From the NCBI GenBank assembly GCA_947311255.1, contig CAMZKL010000043.1, forward strand, positions 1,685 to 65,684: 64,000 nt of DNA. Direction: 5' to 3'. The translations under genes and the position numbers were made by a program. Shown one piece after another: positions 9,295 through 19,436 of the stretch. The DNA is from an uncultured Chlorobiota bacterium (lineage in GTDB: Bacteria > Bacteroidota > Bacteroidia > Bacteroidales > JAADGE01). Positions within the stretch are counted from its first letter, which is position 1; each line of letters opens with the position of its first letter. A model generated the notes under the pieces. It was not told where the DNA came from, did no database searches, and saw nothing but the letters and a program-made list of their open reading frames with translations.

Positions 9295-12200
9295 ATGAAT
9301 AAAAAAAGCATTTTTATAGTTTTGTTTTTGACTTTTACAATTAATATCAATTTTGTATTTTCTCAAACAATAAAAAAGTTTACTTCTGACAGTTTAATTT
9401 CAGAACTACGATTTTTTTATGAATTAAATGAAGCCAATTTAGAAAAAAATTTAGATGCTTTTAAAAAAGATTCTGTAATTTCTGTTTTAGGAAAATTTTG
9501 GAGTTCTTCTATTGAGAATAGTTCTAAAGAAGTTATTACTAATATTTTAAATTTTCAGATTAAAAAAAGATATAAAAAAGAAACAACAATCTGGGATTTT
9601 ATTACAACAATAAATTATTTAAAGAATAATAATTCGCAAAACTTTAATCAATGGTTAAAAATGTTAGAATACATGACGGGGTCTCCGCTGATATCATCTT
9701 CAAGCATTAAAAATTTCATTACAAATATTAAGGTTTTAGTTTACGAAAACTATCTTTCAAAAACTAAAAAGGCAAAATGGAAAATAGAAGAAAATACTGC
9801 CTACAAATTCAAATTTAATAATGAAAAAAAATCTTTTATTATTAATGTTCCTAATACTCTTTTAAGCTCACAAAGTCAAGATAATGACGAAATTAAAATC
9901 ATAAATACCTCCGGGGAGTTTGATATTATAAAAAATCAATGGAAAGGAAAAAAAGGAACTGTAACATGGGAAAAATTTGATTATTCTCCCGACGAAATGA
10001 ATGCAAAATTAAATAATTATGTTATAAATATGCACATTCCAGAATTTTCAGCTGATTCTGTAACATACACAAATAAAGATATTCTTGAGAGTGATGTTCT
10101 AGGAAAATTATCACATAGAGCATCTATGAGAGCGTATAAAAACGGATTATTTCCGCAATTTAGATCATATAAATCTGATTTTAAAATAAAAAGCAAACAA
10201 GATAATGTATTTTTTACAAGTGGTATTGAAATGAAAGGATATTCGTTAAGTTATGTAGGATCAGAAGTTGAACCTGCGACCGCTGAATATATTAAAAATG
10301 GTAAAAAATATTTAAAAGCAAAATCAGAAAACTTTATTTCTTTAAAAGAATCTTTGCAAGCAACAGAAGCAGGTATAACACTATACATTGCAAATGGAGA
10401 TTCTATTACCCACCCTAATGTTTTTCTATTTGTTAAAGAAAATGACTTTTCATTTACCAGAAATAAATCAGGGACAGGGAAAAGACCTTTCTATAATTCA
10501 TATCAAAAAGTATATATGACTGTTGATAATATTAATTGGAATATACAAGACTCATTAATACGGTTTTATTCTAAATCCGGTAATATTGCACAATTTAAAT
10601 CATTTGATTATTTTACAAAAAATGATTTTACAAAACATAGAATGTATGAAACAAGAAACCCATTATTCGATATAAGAAATTACACAAGAGATTATGAAAC
10701 TCGAGATTTTTACGCATCAGATTATGCAAATTATATTAAAATAAACCCAACTGCAACAAAACACAGATTAATGGGACTTTGGTATGAGGGTTTCTTAGAC
10801 TATAACCCTAAAACTGAAAAAGTTTTTGTGAGAGAAAAACTATATAATTACATAAAATATTTCTTTGACAAAAAAGATTATGATGTTATTAATATAAAAT
10901 CTAAAGGGAAAGCAAGAAAAAAAGATGCAGAACTTTTTCCAATAGTAAATGCAACTTTTGATGTTAAGACAAACCAAATGGCAGTGTATGGTGTTGATAG
11001 AGTTGTTTTAAACAAAAGAAAAAAAGTTGGTTTTGAACCCTACAAAAATGAAATATTATTAGATTTTAACAGAAATATGTTCTTTTCCGGAAGATTACGT
11101 GTTGGTTTAGCGGATTTTTATAGCAAAAATGGGTTTGCTTTTAATTATGAAAACTATAATATTAAATTTACAAATGCAGATTCATTAACATACAGGGTTT
11201 GGGATGAAAAATTAACAAAAGACAGCAAAGGTATGAAACCAAAATTTCTTACTTCAAATATTGAACAGCTTACAGGAGAAATTAAAATTGACATAAAAGA
11301 AAATAAATCCGGAGCTAAAAACAACCCTATCTACCCAACTTTTGATTGTACTGATACTTCATATGTTTATTATAACCAAAGAAACAAACAAGGAAATGAA
11401 GTTTTTAAAAAAGACAGGTTTTACTTTACAAATTATCCGTTTTCGCATGACAGTTTACTATATTTAACAAAAGACAATTTAAAAATCTACGGGAAACTAA
11501 TTGCAGGAGGAATATTCCCTAATTTTGAAGACACATTAGAGGTACAAAAAGACTATTCTCTAGGACTAATTTATGAAACTCCCGATGAAGGACTTAAACT
11601 TTTTAGTGGAAAAGGAACTCTTTCTTCACAAAACAGTAATTTAAAAAGTTTTATAACACTTAGTAACCAGGGACTTCAAGCAAATGGTAGGGCAAAGTGG
11701 AACAATATGACAGTTGCAACTAAAAAATTCAATCTTTATCTGGATTCGTTAACAGCTTTAGCAGATAAAGTTGAAATTACTGAATTTGTAAATACTGAAA
11801 ATTATGCAGAATTTCCTCAACTAGAAGGCGAGAACATAAAAACTAGCTGGGATGCAGTAAAAAATGTAGTAAAATACACAACCACTAGAAAACCTGCTGA
11901 GATGTATAATGGGAAAGTTCAATTTACAGGCGAATTTGAATACAGACCAAAATCTTTAACAGGAAATGGTGTTGTAACTGTTGATGAAGGAACATTAACT
12001 GCAGAAAAATATTCATTTAATAAAAAAAGTTTTTTTTCTGAAAAAGCAGATATTAGTTTAAAAGGAAAAAATGAAAAAGATCCTGGTGTTATAATAAAAA
12101 ACATGAGGAGTTATGTGGATACAAAATCAGACAAAGCTGTTTTTGCAAAAATTAAAGGAGAAGATTCTCATGTAAATTTTGTAACAAATCAATATAAAAG

Positions 12201-14061
12201 TTATCCATCTCATTTAGTTTGGCACACCGGTAAAAGAAAAATTAATTTGAATTATAATATGGAGAAATTTACTAATTCAAAATTTTCAAAAGAAGATGTT
12301 TTACTAAGCAGAACAGAATTATTAGATGTTTATGGTTTTAGTGATTCTATTTTTAGTTCTGTTTATGGTAACCTTAAATTTATTTCAACAAATAAAGATA
12401 ATGACTCTTTAACCTTCTTAGGCAGTAGATCAAACTATAGTCTTGATAGTAAAAGAATTATCACAAAGGATGTTCAAAAAATTATCGTTGCAGATATAGT
12501 TGTTACACCAAGTAGCGATGTAATTATTGATAAAAATGGCGAAATGGAAAAACTTTTAAAAACAACAGTAAGAGCAAAAGAGGTTCATAATATAACAGAA
12601 GTTGATATTTTAATTAAAAGTAGTAATAAATATACTGCTTCATCTGGTATTTACCAATATGAAGACATGAATAAAGTTTTACAAAATATTAATTTTGACA
12701 ATATTACATATGATCAAGAAAAAGAAGCCTCTGTTGCTCACGGTTTTATTGAGCAATATGAAAAGTTTACTTTAAACCCTTGGTTTGAATATTATGGAGA
12801 TGTTTTCTTCAATGCCTCAAAAGACAGATTAAATTTTGATGGACATGCAAAAATAATTCATAAATGTACATCTCCTCCTCAATGGTTTTATTTTAAATCC
12901 GAAATTAATCCCGATAGTATTTATTTGCCATTAGATAAACATTTACACTCAGATATTGCACTTAATAAAGCTAGAATTTTTGGAGATATTATGTCATCAC
13001 AAGATTCAATTCATACTTTTCCTGTATTTTTATCTAATGATCCATACGGAAACTCAGAATCTCTTTTTTCTGTCAGAGATAGCGGAAATTATGTTACATA
13101 TAATCAAATTGATAACAGATACGAAATAACATCATTAAATAAATTTAATAACAAAAGTTTACCTGATAATTATTTCGAGTTGAGTAGAAATAGATGTCTA
13201 TTTAATGCTGAGGGAAAATTATCATTATCTAACTCAATAAAAATTGATGACTTTGGTAGTATTGGAGAAATTTCTTTTGATTCAAATTCTGATAAGATTA
13301 ATATGAATACTCTAACATATTTAGATTTTCTTTTTTCTAAAAAGTCATTAAGTATTATGTCTGACAAAATAATTCAAAACCTTAACTTACCATCTGTTGA
13401 TTTACAAAAAGATTCCTATAAGAAACCAATGTCTGGTCTTATTGGCAAAGAAGAAACAGACGAAATGTTAACAGAAATGTCCATAAATGAAGGAAAACCA
13501 AAGAAATTCCCTAAAAAACTTAATAAAACAATTGTTTTCACTAATCTTTTTTTCAAATGGGATGCTGACAGTAAATCATATAAATCTATGGGAAAAATAG
13601 GCATTTCAAATATTGGAGATAAAATGATAAATAAATATGTTGATGGATATATTCAAATTCGTAAAAGAAAGACAGGAGATAAAGTGTATATTTATCTTGA
13701 ACCAGAAAAAGGCACATGGTTTTTCTTCACATTTTCAGGCGGTATCATGCGTACAATATCCTCTATTCATGATTATAACCAAACTATTGCAGATTTAAAA
13801 ACAAAACACAAAAAGAAAAAAACTAAAAACGGAACTTTTAATTATATGCTCACAAATAATGAAACAAAGAATTTATATATTTATGAATTTACAGGTGTTC
13901 ATCCAGCAATAGATGATTTTAACAATAATTCGCAAAATAATAGCTCAGATGGAGAAATAGAAATTGATGAAGACGAAGATGGAAAAATAGAAATTAAATC
14001 CAAAAAGAAAAGAAGACTTAGAAAAAAACAAAAAGAAGACAAGGGTACTGATTATGAATAA
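9295..14061 (+). CDS. Very large secreted hypothetical protein (1588 aa)
   Basis: Uninterrupted 4.8-kb ORF with signal peptide MNKKSIFIVLFLTFTININFVFSQ and an acidic then Lys/Arg-rich tail (DGEIEIDEDEDGKIEIKSKKKRRLRKKQKEDK). No motif I recognise and no T9SS C-terminal domain. Confidence 0.8.
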   Translation: MNKKSIFIVLFLTFTININFVFSQTIKKFTSDSLISELRFFYELNEANLEKNLDAFKKDSVISVLGKFWSSSIENSSKEVITNILNFQIKKRYKKETTIWDFITTINYLKNNNSQNFNQWLKMLEYMTGSPLISSSSIKNFITNIKVLVYENYLSKTKKAKWKIEENTAYKFKFNNEKKSFIINVPNTLLSSQSQDNDEIKIINTSGEFDIIKNQWKGKKGTVTWEKFDYSPDEMNAKLNNYVINMHIPEFSADSVTYTNKDILESDVLGKLSHRASMRAYKNGLFPQFRSYKSDFKIKSKQDNVFFTSGIEMKGYSLSYVGSEVEPATAEYIKNGKKYLKAKSENFISLKESLQATEAGITLYIANGDSITHPNVFLFVKENDFSFTRNKSGTGKRPFYNSYQKVYMTVDNINWNIQDSLIRFYSKSGNIAQFKSFDYFTKNDFTKHRMYETRNPLFDIRNYTRDYETRDFYASDYANYIKINPTATKHRLMGLWYEGFLDYNPKTEKVFVREKLYNYIKYFFDKKDYDVINIKSKGKARKKDAELFPIVNATFDVKTNQMAVYGVDRVVLNKRKKVGFEPYKNEILLDFNRNMFFSGRLRVGLADFYSKNGFAFNYENYNIKFTNADSLTYRVWDEKLTKDSKGMKPKFLTSNIEQLTGEIKIDIKENKSGAKNNPIYPTFDCTDTSYVYYNQRNKQGNEVFKKDRFYFTNYPFSHDSLLYLTKDNLKIYGKLIAGGIFPNFEDTLEVQKDYSLGLIYETPDEGLKLFSGKGTLSSQNSNLKSFITLSNQGLQANGRAKWNNMTVATKKFNLYLDSLTALADKVEITEFVNTENYAEFPQLEGENIKTSWDAVKNVVKYTTTRKPAEMYNGKVQFTGEFEYRPKSLTGNGVVTVDEGTLTAEKYSFNKKSFFSEKADISLKGKNEKDPGVIIKNMRSYVDTKSDKAVFAKIKGEDSHVNFVTNQYKSYPSHLVWHTGKRKINLNYNMEKFTNSKFSKEDVLLSRTELLDVYGFSDSIFSSVYGNLKFISTNKDNDSLTFLGSRSNYSLDSKRIITKDVQKIIVADIVVTPSSDVIIDKNGEMEKLLKTTVRAKEVHNITEVDILIKSSNKYTASSGIYQYEDMNKVLQNINFDNITYDQEKEASVAHGFIEQYEKFTLNPWFEYYGDVFFNASKDRLNFDGHAKIIHKCTSPPQWFYFKSEINPDSIYLPLDKHLHSDIALNKARIFGDIMSSQDSIHTFPVFLSNDPYGNSESLFSVRDSGNYVTYNQIDNRYEITSLNKFNNKSLPDNYFELSRNRCLFNAEGKLSLSNSIKIDDFGSIGEISFDSNSDKINMNTLTYLDFLFSKKSLSIMSDKIIQNLNLPSVDLQKDSYKKPMSGLIGKEETDEMLTEMSINEGKPKKFPKKLNKTIVFTNLFFKWDADSKSYKSMGKIGISNIGDKMINKYVDGYIQIRKRKTGDKVYIYLEPEKGTWFFFTFSGGIMRTISSIHDYNQTIADLKTKHKKKKTKNGTFNYMLTNNETKNLYIYEFTGVHPAIDDFNNNSQNNSSDGEIEIDEDEDGKIEIKSKKKRRLRKKQKEDKGTDYE

Positions 14062-14067
14062 TGCGGG

Positions 14068-14099
14068 TTAAGGTGATTATAAAATTATAATCACCTTAA
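14068..14099. terminator. Bidirectional hairpin between convergent genes
   Basis: Perfect 15-bp inverted repeat TTAAGGTGATTATAA / TTATAATCACCTTAA between the stops at 14061 (+) and 14110 (-). Confidence 0.7.
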
Positions 14100-14109
14100 A
14101 ATATAAAAG

Positions 14110-15579
14110 CTAAAAATTGAACCAACTATCATAATGTTCCGGAATTTTTCGTTCAACATCTTTGTGGAAAAATTCTCCAACTGATTTATCAAAAATATAA
14201 TCTTTTGACCATTCTTTTGCACTCCTAATAACTTGCTTAATCGCATCAAGTATAAAATACAATTCATCATTTTTTAGTGTAGGATGTAATGAAAGCCTAA
14301 CCCACCCTGGTTTTTCTGTTAAATCTCCATTATTTATCATTTCTGTAATCCTATGAGAATCAGATTTTGATACATGCAACAAATAATGCCCATAAGTTCC
14401 AGCACACGAACAGCCACCTCTGAGCTGAATCCCAAACCTATCATTTAAAAGTTTAACAATTAAATTATGATGAATATTCTCAGTATAAAAAGAAACAACG
14501 CCTATTCTATCTCTCTGATTATCAGCTAAAATATGCAATTCAGGAATTTCATCAAAAGCTTTATATGTAATTTTTAAAAGCTCATGCTCTCTTTCAAGAA
14601 TTTTATCAACTTCCATTTCATCTTTTAATCTCAAAGTTAGAGCAACTTTCATAGTTTGAAGAAAAGCAGGAGTTCCACCATCTTCACGAGCTTCAATATT
14701 TTCCAAATATGCATATTCATTCCAACGATTTGTCCATAACACTGTTCCGCCTCCTGGATTATCCGGACGTTTGCTTTTATATAGTCTCTTATCAAAAACT
14801 AAAATACCGGCACTTCCAGGACCTCCCATTGCTTTATGTGGAGAAAAAAAGATTGCATCTAATTTTTGAAGTTGATTTTCTGGGTGCATATTCATATTTA
14901 TATAAGGTGCCGAAGCAGCAAAATCTACAAAAGCAACACCACCATTATTATGCATTATCTCAGCTAATTTATGATAATCGGGTATAATTCCAGTAACATT
15001 TGAACCTCCGCTAAAAGATCCAATTTTAGTTTTTCTGTTTTTATATTTTTTTATCTCTTTTTCAAGTTCTCCTACTAAGTCAATATCATCCTCCGGCAAT
15101 AAAACAACAACATCTGCAATAGTTTCCAGCCATGCAGTATGATTTGAATGATGTTCCATATAAGTAACAAAAACAACCGGCACATCTTCTTTTGCAATAT
15201 CCTTAATAATATATTTTTCAGCTTGATCAGGAATACTTAATCCCAAAATCCTCATAAATTTATTAACAGCACCAGTCATTCCAGAACCTTCTGCAATCAA
15301 ACAATCGTCTTCTCCAGCATTAACATGTGTTTTAATAATATTTTTTGCTTGTTTATAGAGCATAGTCATTGTAACACCTGTTTCACTTGCCTCCGAATGG
15401 GTGTTTCCAACCATTGGTCCGAATTTATTTCTCATTAAATCCTCAATTGGAGAATACAACCTTCCGCTGGCAATCCAATCTGCATAAATCATTTTTTTAG
15501 TACCGTAGGGTGTTTCAAATTCAGTATCTATTCCTACAATATTTTTTCTAAATTTCTGAAAATGTTGTTCTAAATTCAT
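14110..15579 (-). CDS. Aminotransferase class V-fold PLP enzyme (cysteine desulfurase/selenocysteine lyase-like)
   Basis: 489-aa ORF with PLP-lysine context FFSPHKAMGGPG and a conserved N-terminus (DTEFETPYGTKKMIYADWIASGR). Confidence 0.8.
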   Translation of the reverse strand: MNLEQHFQKFRKNIVGIDTEFETPYGTKKMIYADWIASGRLYSPIEDLMRNKFGPMVGNTHSEASETGVTMTMLYKQAKNIIKTHVNAGEDDCLIAEGSGMTGAVNKFMRILGLSIPDQAEKYIIKDIAKEDVPVVFVTYMEHHSNHTAWLETIADVVVLLPEDDIDLVGELEKEIKKYKNRKTKIGSFSGGSNVTGIIPDYHKLAEIMHNNGGVAFVDFAASAPYINMNMHPENQLQKLDAIFFSPHKAMGGPGSAGILVFDKRLYKSKRPDNPGGGTVLWTNRWNEYAYLENIEAREDGGTPAFLQTMKVALTLRLKDEMEVDKILEREHELLKITYKAFDEIPELHILADNQRDRIGVVSFYTENIHHNLIVKLLNDRFGIQLRGGCSCAGTYGHYLLHVSKSDSHRITEMINNGDLTEKPGWVRLSLHPTLKNDELYFILDAIKQVIRSAKEWSKDYIFDKSVGEFFHKDVERKIPEHYDSWFNF

Positions 15580-15627
15580 AATAAAAAGTTAAAAAAATTT
15601 GTTAAAATTATAAAAACGTGTTAAATT

Positions 15628-16341
15628 TTAAAAGTTTAAATAAAAATCTTTTGTCAATTCTTTGTATTGCGTTGTATATTCATTTGTATTTTTATCTCTT
15701 ACAATTATCATTTCATTTTTCATCTTCTTTTTTAGTTTTGAAAACTCAAGAATTACTCTATTAGCTGTTTTATTTTCTTTCGGAAAAATTAATATTTCTC
15801 GTTTACAAAAGAGAAAATTTTCTAAAGAAAGTTGCATGAGTTTTTCAAGATTATCAAAAGGAACTATAACACTAAAGATTCCATTTTTTGAAAGTAAACT
15901 CGAAACACATATAATAAGCTCATTATAAGTAAGTTGAACTGTATGTCTCGCAATGTTTTTTGTATTATCCTTAGACAAAAATGAATTCTCAAAAAATGGA
16001 GGATTACAAATAATATGATCAAATTTATTATCAGTCTTTAATACAAATTTTTGAACTGAAATATTTAATATATCAATTTTACTTTCCTTGCTATTCATTA
16101 TAATATTCTCCACACATTGATTATATGCATCATAATCTATTTCAATTGCAGTAATTTTTGCATTTGTTCTCTGCTCCGCCATAAAAGATAATAAACCTGT
16201 TCCTGCTCCAATATCTAAAACATTATTCGGATTACAAAAACCGGCAGACACTCCAAACAATAAGCTGTCAACACCAACTTTCATAGCAGTTTTATCTTGA
16301 TTAATTTTAAACTTCTTAAAACAAAACCATGAATTAGACAT
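15628..16341 (-). CDS. SAM-dependent methyltransferase, tRNA (adenine-N6) YfiC/TrmN6-like
   Basis: 237-aa ORF with SAM-binding motif VLDIGAGTGLLS and N6-adenine methyltransferase motif IICNPPFF. Confidence 0.75.
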   Translation of the reverse strand: MSNSWFCFKKFKINQDKTAMKVGVDSLLFGVSAGFCNPNNVLDIGAGTGLLSFMAEQRTNAKITAIEIDYDAYNQCVENIIMNSKESKIDILNISVQKFVLKTDNKFDHIICNPPFFENSFLSKDNTKNIARHTVQLTYNELIICVSSLLSKNGIFSVIVPFDNLEKLMQLSLENFLFCKREILIFPKENKTANRVILEFSKLKKKMKNEMIIVRDKNTNEYTTQYKELTKDFYLNF

Positions 16342-16399
16342 AAATCTTAAATTTTTATTGAATTTCTTTTTATACTTTTGTTAAAAATAAATATATAAA

Positions 16400-16906
16400 A
16401 TGACAACATATAACAAAAAATTAAAAGTCTGGTCAAAAAAAATAAAAACTGAAATAAATATTCAAATAAATGATATCTATAAAAGAGATTATAAGTTCTA
16501 TAAAATTGATCGTTTAGAGAGAATGGCTGAAAAAATTGATGAATTTTCTGACGACTGTAAGCAATGCAATGCTTTTAAAACTGACATTGAAGATATTTCA
16601 AAAAAACTATCTACATATCTTGCCGGAAGCCCTTCATTACGCTCAGAATACGAGAAAAGAAACGAGAAAATAGTGAAACATTTGCAAAAAAATCATAACT
16701 TATCATATAAAGAGTATTATACTTCATCTTATTCTTTTATAGGTATAATTTCCGGTTCTGCTTTTTTTGGAGCTGTTATGTGGTTCATAAATCCTAATTT
16801 TATTGTTCCAACAATATTAATGGGTTTCACAATAGGAATAATTATTGGAAGAATTATGGGAAAGAAAAAAGACAAAAAGCAAGAAAAAAACGGATTAATT
16901 TTATAA
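16400..16906 (+). CDS. Hypothetical membrane-anchored protein
   Basis: 168-aa ORF with a charged helical N-domain, two C-terminal TM helices (FIGIISGSAFFGAVMWF, VPTILMGFTIGIIIGRI) and a basic tail. Confidence 0.6.
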   Translation: MTTYNKKLKVWSKKIKTEINIQINDIYKRDYKFYKIDRLERMAEKIDEFSDDCKQCNAFKTDIEDISKKLSTYLAGSPSLRSEYEKRNEKIVKHLQKNHNLSYKEYYTSSYSFIGIISGSAFFGAVMWFINPNFIVPTILMGFTIGIIIGRIMGKKKDKKQEKNGLIL

Positions 16907-17004
16907 ATTCAATAAAATAATATTTTAAACATAAATTAAAATAGAATTTTATAAATTTGTAAAATATACAAAACACAAAATTTTATTAATAAAAAAATAA
17001 AAAA

Positions 17005-19134
17005 ATGAAATACACCTTTAATATAGCAATCGTTTTATTTGCATTTCTATTTTCGTGCAAAACAGATACAACAAATAATACTAAATACAATTATCCGGAA
17101 ACAATGAAAGATTCAACTGTTGATGAATATTTTGGAACAAAAGTACCAGATCCATATTCTTGGTTAGAAGACGATAATTCAGAAGCAACTAAGACATGGG
17201 TAAAAAAACAAAATGATTTTACGTTTTCATACTTAAATAAAATACCATTTAAAGATAATATTAAAAAACGTTTAGAAGAAATTTGGAACTATGAAAAAAT
17301 AAGTTCTCCTACTAAAAGAGGAGATTATTATTACTTCTATAAAAATGATGGTCTTCAAAATCAATATGTTTTATACAGAACAAAAGAACTTGGTAAAAAT
17401 GAAGAAGTTTTTCTTGATCCAAATACTTTTTCGGAAGACGGAACTGTCTCAATGAGTGGAGCAAGTTTTACAAAAGATGCCTCAATAGTTGCTTATCAAA
17501 TTTCCGAAGGAGGATCCGATTGGAGAAAAGTTATAATTTTAGATACCCAAAGCAAAAAACAACTTGAAGACACACTTGTTGACATTAAATTTAGCGGACT
17601 TGCTTGGAAAGGAAATGATGGGTTTTACTATAGTAGTTATGACAAACCAAAAGAAGGTAGTACTCTTTCGGGCTTAACACAATATCATAAACTATTCTAC
17701 CATAAATTAGGTACTTCTCAAAAAGATGACAAACTAATTTTTGGAGGAAACAAACAAAAAAGAAGATATTTGGGTGCTTATTTAACAGAAGACCAAAGAT
17801 TTTTAATAATTTCTGCTGCCGAAAGCACTAGCGGTAACGAACTATATTTCAAAGACTTATCTACACCTAACAGTAAAATAACTCCAATCATGGAAGGTTT
17901 TGATAGTGATTTGTATGTAGTAGACAATATAGGAAGCAAATTATTAATAAGCACTAACCATGAAGCTCCTAATAACAAACTAGTAGAAGTTGATGCGTCA
18001 GCACCACAACCAGAAAACTGGAAAGATATAATTCCTGAAACAGAAAACGTTTTATCAATAAACACAGGTGGAGGCTTCCTTTTTGCTTCATATATGGTTG
18101 ATGTAAAATCAAAAGTAATTCAATATGATTATTCAGGGAAAAAAATAAGAGAAATTAAATTACCTGCAATTGGAACAACCTATGGTTTCAGTGCAAAAAA
18201 AGAAGACAAAGAACTATACTATACATTTACCTCTTTTACTTACCCTTCCACAATTTTCAAATACAATATTGAAAAAGGAACTTCTGAAATGTATTGGAAA
18301 CCAAGTATTACTTTTAATCCTGATGATTTTGAAACAAAACAAGTATTCTATAAAAGTAAAGATGGAACAAAAGTACCTATGTTTATAGTGTATAAAAAAG
18401 GTATTGAACTTAACGGAAAAAATCCAACTTATTTATACGCATATGGAGGATTTAACATCAGTTTAAAACCAGGTTTTGATTTAAGAAAACTAGTTTGGAT
18501 AGAAAATGGAGGAATATACGCCCAACCAAATATCAGAGGAGGAGGAGAATATGGAGAAAAATGGCATAAAGCAGGAACAAAAATGCAAAAGCAAAACGTT
18601 TTTGATGATTTTATTGCTGCTGCTGAATATTTATTTAAAGAAAAATATACATCAAGTGATTATCTTGCTATTGCCGGAGGCTCAAATGGAGGCTTATTAA
18701 TTGGGGCAACTATGACTCAACGACCTGATTTAGCAAAAGTAGCATTCCCTGCAGTAGGAGTTATGGATATGCTTAAATACCACAAGTTTACATCCGGAGC
18801 TGGTTGGGCAAGCGATTATGGAACTTCCGAAGATTCCGAAGAAATGTTTAAATACCTCTATAAATACTCCCCAGTTCATGCAATTAAAGAAGGAGTAAAC
18901 TATCCTGCAACTATGGTAACAACTGCAGACCACGACGACAGAGTTGTGCCAGCACATTCTTTTAAATTTATTGCAAATTTACAAGCAAAAGCAAAAAGCA
19001 ATAATCCTCTTTTAATTAGGATTGAAACAAATGCCGGACACGGTGCTGGAACACCTACATCTAAACAAATTGAGCAAGTTGCAGACAGATATGCTTTTGC
19101 TTGGTATAATATGGGAATTAATCCATTTGAATAA
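17005..19134 (+). CDS. Prolyl oligopeptidase (S9A), probable lipoprotein
   Basis: 709-aa ORF with lipobox-like signal LFAFLFSC. N-terminal motif DEYFGTKVPDPYSWLEDD. Catalytic Ser in GGSNGGLL, Asp in ADHDDRVVP, His in NAGHGAG. Confidence 0.93.
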   Translation: MKYTFNIAIVLFAFLFSCKTDTTNNTKYNYPETMKDSTVDEYFGTKVPDPYSWLEDDNSEATKTWVKKQNDFTFSYLNKIPFKDNIKKRLEEIWNYEKISSPTKRGDYYYFYKNDGLQNQYVLYRTKELGKNEEVFLDPNTFSEDGTVSMSGASFTKDASIVAYQISEGGSDWRKVIILDTQSKKQLEDTLVDIKFSGLAWKGNDGFYYSSYDKPKEGSTLSGLTQYHKLFYHKLGTSQKDDKLIFGGNKQKRRYLGAYLTEDQRFLIISAAESTSGNELYFKDLSTPNSKITPIMEGFDSDLYVVDNIGSKLLISTNHEAPNNKLVEVDASAPQPENWKDIIPETENVLSINTGGGFLFASYMVDVKSKVIQYDYSGKKIREIKLPAIGTTYGFSAKKEDKELYYTFTSFTYPSTIFKYNIEKGTSEMYWKPSITFNPDDFETKQVFYKSKDGTKVPMFIVYKKGIELNGKNPTYLYAYGGFNISLKPGFDLRKLVWIENGGIYAQPNIRGGGEYGEKWHKAGTKMQKQNVFDDFIAAAEYLFKEKYTSSDYLAIAGGSNGGLLIGATMTQRPDLAKVAFPAVGVMDMLKYHKFTSGAGWASDYGTSEDSEEMFKYLYKYSPVHAIKEGVNYPATMVTTADHDDRVVPAHSFKFIANLQAKAKSNNPLLIRIETNAGHGAGTPTSKQIEQVADRYAFAWYNMGINPFE

Positions 19135-19154
19135 TCGATAATTATTAAAACTAA

Positions 19155-19189
19155 ATCTGACTTGTTTTAAAACAAGTCAGATTTTTTAT
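19155..19189 (+). terminator. Rho-independent terminator after the first prolyl oligopeptidase
   Basis: Perfect 14-bp palindrome ATCTGACTTGTTTT/AAAACAAGTCAGAT followed by TTTTTATT. Confidence 0.85.
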
Positions 19190-19249
19190 TTGCAAAATAT
19201 TAAACATTTTAAAATAAAATCTTAAATTTACACACTTATAGCCACTCTT

Positions 19250-19436
19250 TTTATCTAAAAAAAGCATGAAACACTCATGACAAATATTCATACACTTAAG
19301 AGAATGGTAATAAACTAGCACATTAATTTCTTGTAGAAAAAGGCAAGAATTCCTATGTGCAAAGCAAAACAATTATTGAAAATATAAACACTCAATCAAT
19401 TTGTTTAATATCAAATAATTATACAAATTAAGACAC
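19250..19436 (+). repeat. Family A upstream module, full copy (A7), ends at the ATG of the second prolyl oligopeptidase
   Basis: In gene sense ...CATGAAACACTCATGACAAA...TTCTTGTAGAAAAAGGCAAGAATTCCTATGTGCAAAGCAAAACAATTATTGAAAATATAAACACTCAATCAATTTGTTTAATATCAAATAATTATACAAATTAAGACAC-ATG. It aligns along its whole length with the reverse complement of 33799-33965. Confidence 0.85.

Noticed and set aside
19151-19372. 73-aa minus-strand ORF in the spacer between the two prolyl oligopeptidase genes
   Set aside because: It spans the plus-strand terminator palindrome and most of Family A unit A7. Homologous units elsewhere carry no equivalent ORF, and its sequence is low-complexity and Cys/Phe-rich.
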